Source: Azolla caroliniana (lineage: Eukaryota; Plantae; Polypodiophyta). Taken from it: a stretch of DNA of 64,000 bases. A program made the translations under genes and the position numbers. The DNA lies in NCBI GenBank assembly GCA_043228905.1, contig JBHGNT010000017.1, forward strand, positions 13,702,001 to 13,766,000, read 5' to 3'. Shown in pieces: positions 1 through 12,143 of this stretch (the first letter of the stretch is position 1; every line of letters begins with the position of its first letter). The notes beneath the pieces were generated by a model, which was not told the origin of the DNA, did not search any database, and saw only the letters and a list, made by a program, of their open reading frames with translations.

Positions 1-272
1 TAGATGTGCATGTGTAGCTTTTTTCTATCATGTGTTTTTCTTCTAACTAAAGCTTTTCCTAGAAAATATGCATGAAGTAACCTTTCTATGTGGGATATTT
101 TTTAACGTTCATAATGTGTTAGATAATGGCAAGGTTCCAAATTATTAACATTGAGGTACAAGGTTTGAATCTTGCCCTATGCATGTAAAATATTTTTCTT
201 CTATTTCCGTATATTTTATTGAGTCGGGTACTCCATACGTTTTTCACGTAGTGTACGAAATACACTACGACA
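1..272 (-). mobile_element. Partial LTR (cut by window edge), same family as solo LTR 58515-59164
   Basis: Ends ...TACACTACGACA at 272, as does 59164; collinear with 58860-59164 including the tRNA-like segment at 117-183. Confidence 0.75.
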
Positions 273-1599
273 ACGTGAGTCCAACTCATCGATATTGCTC
301 TCCGAATTTGACTCTCTGATCCGGCTCTGGCTTACTCAGCCGATACGGATCTGGTTGAGCTTGTCCGCTCAACAACGTCGTATTCTAGCATCTTCTTCTT
401 TCCCTTCACTTTACACATGAACCGTCTCCTTGGTTTGTTGCGCGGGGATAACACGACCGAGTCTCCATTACTCACTAGTTCTTCATCCGGCTGGTCATTC
501 TGACTTAGTCTTTCATTCAACCCACTTAGTCGGAATGAAATCAGACTCTTTTTTAGAGTGCCGAACTCTTCTTCCTCTTTTGCCCAGATCATTTTGGGCT
601 CATTGGCCTCATCCTAAGTAATCGTGTGTTCGGTGTGGTCAAGTGTTGGAGTTGGAGTCGGTAAGGAGTACCATGATGCTAACTAGTCAAATTCGACATC
701 TCAATGTACTCAAACTTCTTTGGTGCGAGGATTATAACACTTATACCCCTTCTGTTCGTGTGAGTAGTTGACTAGAATACACTTCTCAAACTTCGGGTCC
801 AGCTTTTTCCGCTTCTCATCCGGTACATGCACATAGCCAATGCTACCAAATACCCTAAGGTGTCTTAAGTTTGGCTTCCGCCTGAAATACAACTCTATGC
901 TGACACCTTCTCCCCGATCCGATTTTGGATGTAAACGGTCGTCCAGATTGCCTCGGCCCAATAGAATTTGGGCATGCTCTTCTCCTCCATCATTGCCCAT
1001 GCCGCTTCCACAATTGGACAATTCTTCCTTTCGGCTACGCCGTTTTATTCCGGCGTATATTTGAAGCTGAATTCTCTCCGAATTCCCTTCTACTGTAAAT
1101 AACAAATGAATTGGCTAGAAAAGTATTATTTTTCGCCATCTGACTGCGAGCACTTTATCTTCTTCTCGATTTCCCTTTCGACGAAACTTTGAAGGTTCCG
1201 AAAATTGTCGAAGACTTCATTCTTCTTTACGATGAGGTAGATCCATGTGTGTTGGCTATAGTCGTTGATGAAGGAGTTCCGACCACTAAATCTTGGCAAG
1301 CCGAATACTACTTGTTTTGACTGCAAATCCAGAAGCCTTTGGTAGTTGACATGACCGTGACCGATCCGCTTGTGCCATAAGTCGATATCCGACTCAACTT
1401 TTTGTCCTTTGGCGAATAGAGTGGTGCCAATGTTATTGGTGTCGAGGATAAACATCCTCTCGTCCCGGCGCCCTTGTGCAATGATCTAACCCTCTTCCTT
1501 GATGAAGCACCCAAGGTGGCTGAATCGAACTTGCATTCCAGCTCATCGATCCGGGTCTTGGCTTATTCAGCCGATCTGGATCAGCTTGTCCGCTCAACA
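273..1599 (-). mobile_element. Internally deleted Ty1/copia remnant (GAG-pre-integrase and integrase fragments) with two short LTR-start fragments
   Basis: ORFs 1126-1455 (LWHKRIGH), 710-1105 (HLRVFGS..YVHVPDEKRKKLDPK) and 332-592 (ISFRLSG.NERLS, also in 60769-61083). TGTTGAGCGGACAAGCT LTR-type starts on the minus strand at ~1599 and ~375. Confidence 0.8.
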
Positions 1600-2349
1600 G
1601 CCATTGTAGGAACCTTTTCGCCAACATCATGTGTTCTTTGGTTCAAATCTCTTGCAAACCTGTTCGTGTAGTATGCACTTTGATGTGACAACAACCTTAC
1701 TACATTTAGGAGATCATATGGTTTCTCCAATATTAAACCTCTTAAAAGGTATACACAATATGGGCACTTAACCTTGGGTAGAAATAAGTTGTCATTTTGG
1801 GCAAAAGGTGAGTATATACCATGGAAAAACATGAATCTGAGCTTCGTGGTGGCATGTTGTTAATATTATGTGGGCATTTAAATGTTCAAAATTTATTATG
1901 GTTCAACAATTGGTGCTCTCTTGGCAACAACAATGCTTGAAATTGTTCAACTAGAAAGCCCTTGAGTGTAGAAAAGATAGTAATTCCTTGGCAATAGAAA
2001 AGATGTCAACCTCGAGAAATTTACATTGGGATGGAAAAGAAAATCTCAAGTCAAAGTTTAGTCGAATGGCAACAGTTGGGTTGGTAACTATGGAAGATGT
2101 TATTTTAGCATACATGGGCAAATGATGACCTTTTGGATAGTGTGAAGTAGGTTTCATAAACTACATGGATATAGTTATATTTGACAATCAATCTTGGCAT
2201 TGCCTATTCTAGAATCCCCAATTCCAAAGTTGGTGTTTGAGGAACATTGGAAAGATTGGTCATTCAGTAGTGAAAAATCGATATTTGTGATGCACATTAA
2301 TGATGCATATCATAAGTTGGTTGAAGATAGAGCTTGAGAAGGTTTTGGA

Positions 2350-2635
2350 TGTATGGCACATTATTCAATGTGTAAATGGTGGTTTCAAGTTTTGGATGTC
2401 GGATGGCATTCTCATATTCCATTTCATGAAAATGTGTTTCTTTGGTGTGCGACGATCAGGAGGTTGCCTTTGGCAATGGCTTTAAAACAATACATGGCAC
2501 ATTACCCGATGGATAAAATGGTGGTTTCAAGTTTACGATGCAGGATGGCATTCTCATCTTCCATTTCGTGCAAAGATGTTTCTTTGGTATACGATGGTCA
2601 GTGGGTTGCCTTTGGCAATGGCTTTAAAACGAAGA
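2350..2635 (+). repeat. Diverged ~140-bp tandem duplication, possibly a zf-RVT remnant of an old L1-type LINE
   Basis: Two units ATGGCACATTA...GCCTTTGGCAATGGCTTTAAAAC; translation W.S.IP....FLW....RLP resembles the LINE zf-RVT motif. Confidence 0.4.
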
Positions 2636-3177
2636 CATGTTTCAAATGGTACAATTTTTTTCTTGACAAATGATTGCGGAAGATGATAAACCAGGTTCAT
2701 TACATGCATAGTTGATACAACCATTTGGGCCATGACATCGCTTATTCAGGCATCATTAGCTATGAGTCTATTGTCACCTTTTAAATGGGTTTTCGTTCAG
2801 GGTGTTAGAGCTCTACCCACCCCATGATATCAGGCGGTGCTTGATTGTCTGAGATATTGGGGGATGTGGTATAATTGGAGCCCAAGCAACAAGTTCTTTG
2901 TTCGATGGATCTCAGTGGGGTATCCCAAACAAATATGCAAGCGGGAAGGAGAGTTGATTCAACAGTTCTCACAACCATGGTGTATGAGGGCATGTTATCC
3001 CTAGAAGAGCGATTATTAGATGTATATGGCAATCTAGTATTAGAGCACCCGAGAGGATTTGATTAGGTCGCCAAATAGTGATGGCTCTGCCACCTCACTT
3101 CGCAGCGAAGAACTAGTTAGAGGTAGCTGAGGTTTTTGGATTGTCTATCTTGCTTGAATACAAACATAGACAAAAAT

Positions 3178-3299
3178 AGAAGAAGAAGAAGAAGAAGAAG
3201 AAGAAGAAAAAGAATAGAAATGTAAAAATGAGAAGAAGAAGAAGAAGAAGACTAGAAATGTAAGAAGAAGAAGAAGCAGCAAAGACATGAGAAGAAGAA
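3178..3299 (+). repeat. (GAA)n microsatellite region upstream of the L25 gene
   Basis: Several runs of gaagaagaa. Confidence 0.9.
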
Positions 3300-3360
3300 C
3301 CATAGCCCCATCTCCTTAAACCCCCTCCCCTGTTCCTGGCCTCTCAGACCATACACCGCC

Positions 3361-5190
3361 ATGCTAGCAAGGAGGCTCTTCTCTGCACTCCTCTTCCCTC
3401 ATCGACGCATCTGCTCTTCAAGGATCCTCCAGGCCCAGCACACCCATAAAGAAGAAGAATTGGAAGACGAAGACGAAGAAGAAGAAAGAAGCCATAGCTG
3501 GCGTCGAAAAGACTCCTACCTATTACAGGGAACCATTAATGAAGAAGGAGGAGGAGAAGAAGAAGAGGAAGAGGAAGAATCAGATTCTTCTTCTTTTACT
3601 GTGCCAAAGGTTCTCCGGGCATATTTAAGGAGCCGGAGATCTCGTTGTGTTTCTCGGGTCCGGGAACAGGGACGGGTCCCTGCAGTTCTTGTCAATGATG
3701 ACAGTAATGATCATGGAAGCACAGGAAGGTCTTCTAAGAATGAATCCAGGAATGTTTTCCTTTCGCTTGATGCGGAGCCTGTGGCGGCTATCCTTAAGTT
3801 CCTTGGAAAGCGAGACTTCATTTCTCGCGTCTTCGATATGAACATTTATCGCCATCCTGAGTCGGAGGAGATCAAAGAAAGCCTTCAAGTCCTACCTCGT
3901 AATGTGAGTATATAATACATAGACATTTACACAGTTTTAGGCATTAAGCAGAAATGTTGTGTTTATTCCGTTGAATTTAATTAGGCGAGAAATTTAATGG
4001 ATGAGAAGATCTTTTTTCCTGCTCCAAGAATTTTCCTTTACCAATTGGCAAAGGTTCCTTTTCATGCATGAGAATAATAGGAAAACAATGAGAGAACACC
4101 AGAAAATGATCCGGAACTTTAGTCAAATTTTTATACGATCATTTTGGATTAGTTTTTGAATGTTTGCAATTGGAAATTGGAAATATCTGATCAGCATTGC
4201 GATGAGTGAAAGGGTTCCTTTTACCTGGACACTGTGTGACTCTATATAGCTATGCAATGTTGTTGTGTTGATTCGATCTTTGATTAATCGATCCCTGCAG
4301 TTGAATTATGGCGAGGGGAAAACTAACATCCTCAACATTCAGTTTATCCGAGCAAATCCCGACCGGACATTAAAGCTTGGGGTTCCTCTAGAGTATATTG
4401 GCCTTGACACTTGTCCTGGCTTAGAAAAGGGTATATCAACTCATTTTCGATACTCTTGTGGGGATCTTGTTTTCTTCTTTGCATGATTATGTTTTTGGTT
4501 TAAGAAAAAATGTATCTTAACTAGTAGTTAATACTCAGTATGCTTTACCCCCCCGCAGGTGGAACGCTGAAGAGGCTTGCAAAGTATGTTGTCTATAATT
4601 GCAAGGCCTCTGAAGTTCCTCCAAAAATAGTTGTAGATATGACGGTTCTTGAGATAGGCGATCGGGTTTTGGTCCAAGATCTTGAAGTTGATTATGAGCT
4701 TCTGCACTCCGAAAGAACAATGCCTGTGTGTGAAATCGTCAAGGATGTAGAGATGCCTACAGCCAAATCTAAGAGGTTAAAGAATGAGATATTTCATAAA
4801 AGGCAAGCAATTTGTGGAAAAGATGATCCCCTCAATACACGTCTTCATGTTGAGTCCCTATCTTCAGATAATGAAACCGATGTAGATGATGCGAATGAAG
4901 GGCCATATCCAGGAAGGATAAGAAGATCAGCCATCGCAAAAAGAAAAGTAAAACCAAATGATCATGTAGATGCCAATAGAGTGGATGAGCCACAATCAAA
5001 TCATAAAAAGCCAAAACCAACATATAGGAGAAAACGAGCACCAGAGTCGAGGAAGCTTGCGGACAATGGAGTTTCAAGTTTATCGAACACATCAAAGAAG
5101 GGTAAACCATCAGAGAGGAGGCTGATAGGTTCTTCACTGGCATCTAGAAAAACAGTGAAACCGATGAAGCTGGAAGAGAAAAACAACTGA
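3361..5190 (+). CDS. Ribosomal protein L25 (bL25/TL5/CTC) family, probably mitochondrial; exons 3361-3903, 4301-4430, 4559-5190 (~434 aa)
   Basis: GT-AG introns keep the frame. Motifs R..REQGRVPAVL, VLPRN..ILNIQFIRA..LKLGVPLEYIGLD.CPGLEKGG.L and PPKIVVD...LEIGDRV. Arg/Ser-rich N-terminal presequence-like segment. Confidence 0.85.
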
Positions 5191-6219
5191 AGCCATTGTT
5201 GCATATTACCAAAATTCGCAAATTTACTACAGTTTGGACTTATCATCAATTGAGGCAACGATTATACATTTTGGGAGTAAATCTCAATTCTTTTTGCGCA
5301 TTCATAAGTTGAGCTCTTTGAATTTCTTTGGATATTTGAACGTGAAAGGAAACCAGGGCTTGGAATACACAGCATTTATCTTGTCGTTTTTGTGACTACG
5401 GTTGATGGAAATCAGTAATTATAGTCACATATGAGAGTTAACTCATTTCTTGTTATCTGGAATAATGGAGTGACATCCTTAGCCATGGATATATTCAATG
5501 TGCTCTTTATTCCATGGTGTGTATGGTTGTGTTGCGTGATTGAAATTTCTCCCTTTTAAGATGGGGGGTAGAAAGCCTTTATTATGTATCCCCTAGATTG
5601 TTTGTTTGAATGGCATACAACCATGGCGATCTACGTTTGTAACACTCGGAATGCATTGTCATTTTAAGCAAGTTAGATCCTTTAAAAAATGATTTTATAG
5701 TTCATTTAAAATACTTTTAGTAGTTGAAGGCTGTACATGCTCATTTGTATGGTCTAGTGCTTTTGCCAATCTATCAAAAAGTTGCAAACTGTTTACATCA
5801 ATCATGTGCAGTGAATTAGATCCTTAAAAAGTGGTTCCAACTTCCATAGTTTACTTAAAAATTGTTTTATAGTTCAAGGCTGCCGTCACTCATTTGTATG
5901 GGAATCAAGCCATTGCTTCCAAACATGCTCCATCCAGATTTTACAATTCCATAAAGTTTTAAAGTGTTGTCAGGATATGATTAGATAGATAATCACTAAT
6001 GGCTTAATACCATCTCAAGAATAATGTGTCAGTTTGCAGCCACACTTGGATAAAGAGAGAACATCTCACTTATGGAGAAGCATCTAATTCTTATATCAAA
6101 TAAGTTATAGTCTAAGATAAAATGTACCCAAAATGTGTGCAAACCATTCCCCACTTGTACACAACAGACTAGTTGCTTGTGCAAGAGACAACTATCATGA
6201 CTTGCGAACCTTAGTCATA

Positions 6220-6616
6220 TAACAGTCGGCAACGGTTCAGTTCGGTTTGATTCAAGAGGGCCAAAACCCAACCGGTTTGAAACCGAACCGTTTACAATTT
6301 CTGAAACTTGAACTGACCCGAACCACGAAACCATTAAACTTTTTTCCAAACCGTTAAGCCATTAAACCGGTAAAGCCACGATTTCGTGGTTCAGTTTCAG
6401 TTTTTGGCTTAGGTCAAAAGTCACATTTTAAAATTTTCATTATATATATTTTAAAATTTTTCCAAAATGTGAGAATAAGGCATGAAAATGAAAAGATTGT
6501 TTAAAAACAATTTTTTAAAATTTTAAATTTTAAATTTTAAATAAAAATAAACCTGAACCGGTTAAACCGTTAAACTGCGGTTTCACGGTTTGGTTCAAAC
6601 CGTTTGCCGATTGTTA
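6220..6616. mobile_element. Non-autonomous TIR element (MITE, hAT-like subterminal repeats)
   Basis: Imperfect TIRs TAACAGTCGGCAAC / GTTTGCCGATTGTTA; many AACCG/CGGTT subterminal motifs; AT-rich core; no clear TSD. Confidence 0.6.
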
Positions 6617-6881
6617 CTCATGATCGACGACCGTTTTCAGCTTCCCATACTATTCTGAGTTTGATACCCTCTGCCACACCACATCTGTTGTCTTGTTTGA
6701 GATCCCATGGGTCACAACAATGAAGAGGCATTTTCTCCCAATTATGTTCCCAAAGTATTGAAATGCATGTTTGCATCATATGATTGGACCTTCCCATTTC
6801 AATGTTTACGCACTGCTATAGCGAAAACAATGCAGTGGTATAATTCAAGTTGGATTTCCACAACATTGAAACCAATGGTTG

Positions 6882-7155
6882 CATCAATTTTTATCGAAGT
6901 TTCATACTCCAAAGCATGTACCGGTGAGAAAATTGTTGAGCATGTTTCTTAATCTGCCTCAATGTTGCATTTTCATTATAGAATACCCTTGCTCTCATGT
7001 CCTTGAGATTTTTCACATCGATTTTTATCAAAGCTTCATACTCCAAAGCATGTACCAGTGTGCGAAGTGTCGACAATGTTTTACAGTCATTGCTTCAATG
7101 CTGCATTGTCATTATAGATATAGCTTTGCTCTCATGTCCTTGATAGTTTTCACAT
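6882..7155 (-). repeat. ~134-bp diverged tandem duplication spanning the PPR stop codon
   Basis: GTGAAAACTATCAAGGACATGAGAGCAAAG...ATAATGACAATGCAGC recurs as GTGAAAAATCTCAAGGACATGAGAGCAAGG...ATAATGAAAATGCAAC; TTCATACTCCAAAGCATGTACC occurs twice. Confidence 0.75.
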
Positions 7156-9409
7156 TCTCTAACATATTGGTGACTGCATATATACTACCCATACTGATAT
7201 AAGCTGCATCATTGTAAATGTTTAGTTGTAGTATGTTTTTGAAGGCCAACCTCCCAAGGTTCACATTCCCCCATTTCTGACATGCACCCAGTAAAGAACC
7301 CCAAACTGCTGGACACTCAGAAAATGGCATCTCCTTAATCACAGCAATTGCTTTTTCAATTTGTCCGGCACGACCAAAAAGATCAACGATGCAAATGTAG
7401 TGCTCTAGTTCTGGTATAATGCCATATTCCTTCACCATTTTCGCAAAAAGCATTTGAGCCTGATCCACGAGACCAGAGTGGCAAAGTGCATTCAATACAC
7501 CAAGATAGGCGACCGGATTCTTTGAGAGACCCTCATATTGCATCTCTTCCAAACAAACTATTGCCTTTTGATCCATGCCATGCTGCGCATATCCAGAGAT
7601 TAGTGATGACCAAGAGAATACATCTCGATGAGGAAGATCAATGTGTAATCTCAATGCTCTCTCCGGCATACCACATTTGGCATACATATCCACAATGGCA
7701 GTGTCTAGCACGATGTCTTTTCTATGCAGTCCCTTCCTGGAAATCTCATAGTGAATCTCTTTTCCCTTGCCAACAAGTCCAATGCTAGCACAAGCCTTCA
7801 AAATGCAAACGAAAGTTATCAAATCTGGAGACCAACCCTCACTTTTCATATCTTCAAAACAGTTTAAAACTTCTTCAACATGACCTTTTCGGGTGTATCC
7901 TGCGATTAAAGCAGACCATGCAACAGCATCTCGAATAAGAAGCTCATCAAACACCTGCTTTGCTTCTAATAAATCGCCACATATAGCATACATATCAACC
8001 AAAGCATTGCCAAGTGCATTATCTTTTCCTAGTAACCCCTTAGTGACCATCTTTCCATGGATTTCTCTTCCCTTGTTGATTGCTCCTATGCTTCCACAAG
8101 CCTTCAAGATGCAAGTGAAAGTGATCTCATTCGGACATAGAGACTCCTTTTCCATTTGTTCAAAACATTTCAATGAATCCTCACATTGGCCTTGTTGAAC
8201 ATATCCAGAGATTAGTGCGGACCAAGATACTACATCTCTGAAGGGAAGTTCATCAAACACTTGTTGTGCTAACATTACAGCAGCACATTTTCCATACATA
8301 TCAACCAATGCAGATCCCAGTATAGTAGCCCCTTTCCCTAGAAAACCCATACTATAAATCACACTATGAACATATTTGCCCCTTTCCAATTCTCCTTTGA
8401 TGCCACATGCCTTCAAGATGCGAGCTAAAGTGATTGTGTCTGGACATAAACCTTCATTTTGCATCCGTTCGTAAGATCTAAATACATCTTCAACTTGCCC
8501 GTTCTTGACATATTCAGAGATTAATGTGTTCCAAAGGACGATATCCCGGACAAGAAATCCATTGAGTATTTCTTGTGCTTTTACAAGTGCACCACATCTA
8601 CAATACATATCCACCAATGCAGTTCCGAGAACAATGTCATTTTCCAGTAATCCATTTGAGACAATGTCATCATGTATTTCTTTACCTTTGTCAATCGCCT
8701 TTGCAATGCCACAAGCCTTCAAGGCAAAAGTCAAGATGATATTGTTAGGAGAGAGACCCTCATGTTGCATCCTTTCGAAGCAATTCAAGGCAGTCTCACC
8801 TTGTCCGTGACGAACATATCCAGACATTAATGTAGACCACATGACTATATCCCGAACAGGGAGTTTCTCAAGAACCTCTTGTGCTTTTCCCAACTCACCA
8901 TGTCTAATATACATATCCACCAATGCGGTACCGAGAATAGCATCTTTCCCTAACAAGTTTCTAGCATCAATTTTGTCGTGAATTTGTTTGCCCCTCTCAA
9001 GAGTGTCACAAGCATTCAAGATGTAAGTGAAAGTGATCACATCTGGAGCGATGCCATCTCTTTGCATTTGATTGAAACAGGCGAAAGTTTCTTCAGTGAG
9101 ACCTTGTCGGACATATCCTGACATCAATGCATTCCAAGAGACAATGTTGCGAGATCGAAGATCCAAAAGGACATGCTTTGCTTTAGCAAGAGATCCACAT
9201 TTAGCATACATAGTGATCAGAGAGTTTCCTAGATAAGGGAAGTCTAGGTCAAGTAACCCTCGTTGAAAGACATCAGCATGAAGCTTAGTTCCAGTGGATA
9301 GGTCCTTTCTCTTGGCGCAAGACCTCAATAAGCTCACAAAATGATGAGCTTCTCCACTGAGAATGTTCTGTTCTTTTCTCCTTCCATGGTGAAGCTCCAT
9401 CCTGTGCAT
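7112..9409 (-). CDS. PLS-class pentatricopeptide repeat protein with E domain, no DYW (organellar RNA-editing factor type), 765 aa, intronless
   Basis: Repeated P-L-S triplets (GNALVDMY.KCG / DVVSW.ALISGY / P..ITF..ILKAC); C-terminal HY.CIVDLFGRAG...VWGSLLGAC E motif. Confidence 0.92.
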   Translation of the reverse strand: MHRMELHHGRRKEQNILSGEAHHFVSLLRSCAKRKDLSTGTKLHADVFQRGLLDLDFPYLGNSLITMYAKCGSLAKAKHVLLDLRSRNIVSWNALMSGYVRQGLTEETFACFNQMQRDGIAPDVITFTYILNACDTLERGKQIHDKIDARNLLGKDAILGTALVDMYIRHGELGKAQEVLEKLPVRDIVMWSTLMSGYVRHGQGETALNCFERMQHEGLSPNNIILTFALKACGIAKAIDKGKEIHDDIVSNGLLENDIVLGTALVDMYCRCGALVKAQEILNGFLVRDIVLWNTLISEYVKNGQVEDVFRSYERMQNEGLCPDTITLARILKACGIKGELERGKYVHSVIYSMGFLGKGATILGSALVDMYGKCAAVMLAQQVFDELPFRDVVSWSALISGYVQQGQCEDSLKCFEQMEKESLCPNEITFTCILKACGSIGAINKGREIHGKMVTKGLLGKDNALGNALVDMYAICGDLLEAKQVFDELLIRDAVAWSALIAGYTRKGHVEEVLNCFEDMKSEGWSPDLITFVCILKACASIGLVGKGKEIHYEISRKGLHRKDIVLDTAIVDMYAKCGMPERALRLHIDLPHRDVFSWSSLISGYAQHGMDQKAIVCLEEMQYEGLSKNPVAYLGVLNALCHSGLVDQAQMLFAKMVKEYGIIPELEHYICIVDLFGRAGQIEKAIAVIKEMPFSECPAVWGSLLGACQKWGNVNLGRLAFKNILQLNIYNDAAYISMGSIYAVTNMLENVKTIKDMRAKLYL

Positions 9410-9710
9410 TCTACATTCTGGGCCTAAAGGCTAAACCTGCGGAAGGACAGCATCCATGGCTCGTTCTTGGAGGTTTTGGAAATTGACATGAATAATACCC
9501 TTACTTCATGATTTTATGAAATTCCCAGAAATAACCCTCTTGAGGGTCTTAACTCTTGTCTATCACCATGGAATGCAAACCTTCTCCTTTGCGTGCGTTC
9601 GGCAAGCAAGTTTTGGATGTGTTCAAATAAAGCCTTCCTGCTCAACAGTGCGATCAAGAGCTCACAATCTTGAACATGAGAGGTATGTGTGAAGGGCCAT
9701 GCCAAGAGTC

Positions 9711-9713
<3 letters not shown>

Positions 9714-9752
<39 letters not shown>
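9714..9752. repeat. (GA)n microsatellite at the LINE 3' junction
   Basis: Perfect GA run. Confidence 0.95.
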
Positions 9753-9756
<4 letters not shown>

Positions 9757-12143
9757 ATTATCGTCTTCGGAGGTCAAATATGACCTATGAGACCAAAAAT
9801 ATTACATTTCACGTGATGTGTGAAGGTGAGTAGCGACTCTCGATGTTCAAGAACTTTACCAATGAATGTTGCAATCGAGAGTGCACATCGTGATTGTGAG
9901 AGAAATTCGTGCAAGGATTGGGCTCGATCGAAGAGATGCGGAAAGCATGGTCGAATATGATCAAAGGCAGAGCATTGTATCAAAGTGTGATACTCAGACT
10001 CTCAAACTTGTTTAGGGCAAAGTGTGCATAGTCGGCCACTCTCATCACTTGTGCCCCAACGCCCCGTCTCACATCTCAATGCGTGCGAGCTAAGTCGCAT
10101 GGAAGCAATGGTTCGAATGGCAGATATCGGGATGGGCTCTAACATGTATCGATGTGTACGGCTTCCCTGTTCCGCGAAGAATATGGTTTTGTAGTTAGGT
10201 GCAACATTTGTAGTATAATGTGTGAAGCGTGAGCCACCACATTTGTCCTATGCCATGATACATTGGCGTTGCAAAAATGCCTCATTTACAAAGGAGTCTA
10301 GTGACGCATCATGAAGCAAGTGTCTTGCATCCCATCTACCAAACCATTTTTCTAAATCTTGCATCCAACCGCAACACAAAATTTTGCTTTTATGCCTCTT
10401 TTGGATCTTTTTGCTTGCTTCCCATGCAATTCTAGGAAGTCGATGTGAGGGGCTTTTTTGAACCTTAAGCATGTATTCAACAACCCTTTCCATGGCCATG
10501 ATTTCAATGGGAAGTGATCCCGTCTCAAGTAGGAGGGTGTAGGGTGTTTGTTTCTTAACTTGTAGAAACTTTGTAAGAAATTTTTTTGGACATTTTCAAA
10601 CTCTTTCCACATAGACTTAGGGATGCTACCGCCCCATACTTCCACCCCATAGAGAAGAATTGGGGTCACCAAAGTGTCAAAAATATATTTCTTAAGGACC
10701 CAACACTTAATATCTCCAAGATTGCATGTGTTCTCAAATGCATAATATGCTCGCTTACCCGCCTCTAAGCGGCATGTAGCACATTCATTCCATTTATGAT
10801 TTGAAGGAACTTCAAGGCCAAGATATTTGAAGCTTTCCACACATTCAAGTGGCTCATTGTTGTACATAATGCATGGTTTATCTCTTTTTTGACTCTTCAC
10901 AACCATAATCTTTGTTTTAGAGCTATTGACACTTAATCTAGTATGCATGCAAAAAAATTCCAATGCCTTCATAAGCTTTTGTGCATCTCTTAAAGTATTT
11001 GCAAAAAGCACTACATCATCCGCATATAACAAAAGCATAATCACAACATTCCCAGTGGCAACTTCTTCAACACATTCTTCCTTTACAAACTTGATAACCA
11101 TTTCTTCTAATTCATCAATGCATAGACCAAATAATGTTGGTGAGAGTGGGCATCCTTGCTTAACACCAATAGTGCTATCTCTCATATGCACACAACATAT
11201 AACCTTCTCATATATTCAGGAAATTGCAAGCATATATTCACTTGGCACCTCAAGTTCTTCCATCTACCTCCAAAGATGCTCACGAGGTACCATATCAAAA
11301 GCTTTCTTGAAGTCTACAAAGCAACAATATAAACCTTTTCCTCTAAGGTGACTTTCCTCCATTAATACTCGAAGAGTGACAAGATGATCAATGGTGCTAT
11401 GGTGTTTTTGAAAACCAACTTGTCCATAAGCTCTCTTACCATTTTTTTCTACCCATACACTTATCTTTGATTCCATTATACATCCAAATAATTTTGTCAT
11501 TAATGAGCCAACCATAATGGTTCGATAGTTGTTTACATTATTTACATCTCCGCCTTTATGTAAAGGTTTGATCCAATTTGTAGTCCAATCATATGGCATA
11601 CCATGTTGCAATGCATCATTAAACATATTGCATATCCATATATGTGCTTCATTTCCCGTCCATTTGAGCATTTCAGCTTTTATACATTGAAGATCGCTTG
11701 CCTTTCGAGAGGCCAATTTCTTAAGTCCTATGCATATAACTTCAATTGTAAAGAAGGGAGACATATGTGAAAGAGAACCATAACACATCATCTTTCCGGC
11801 AAGACATAAGTCATATAAATTCTTACAATGCATAGACAAGTCATGAAGAGTTAAGTCACCATACCATAACTCTCAACACGTTTCCCCTTTAGATTTCCCC
11901 AAAATTTAGCACATGCATGTGCTTTCTCTTGCGTTTGGAGAAGTTGTTAAGTAACTTCCCATATTCGTCTCTTTCTTTGAATAAGCCTTTTATAGTCATG
12001 CAAATGCTTTTGGTAATTTTCTTTATCCTTAACTACATCCAAAACCATAAGGCACTTTCGACCTTCATGACATTCTTTATCAAACCATTTTTTCTTACAT
12101 TTCTTGGTGCATTTCCATGATGTGCAATTGGTCGAAAAACATT

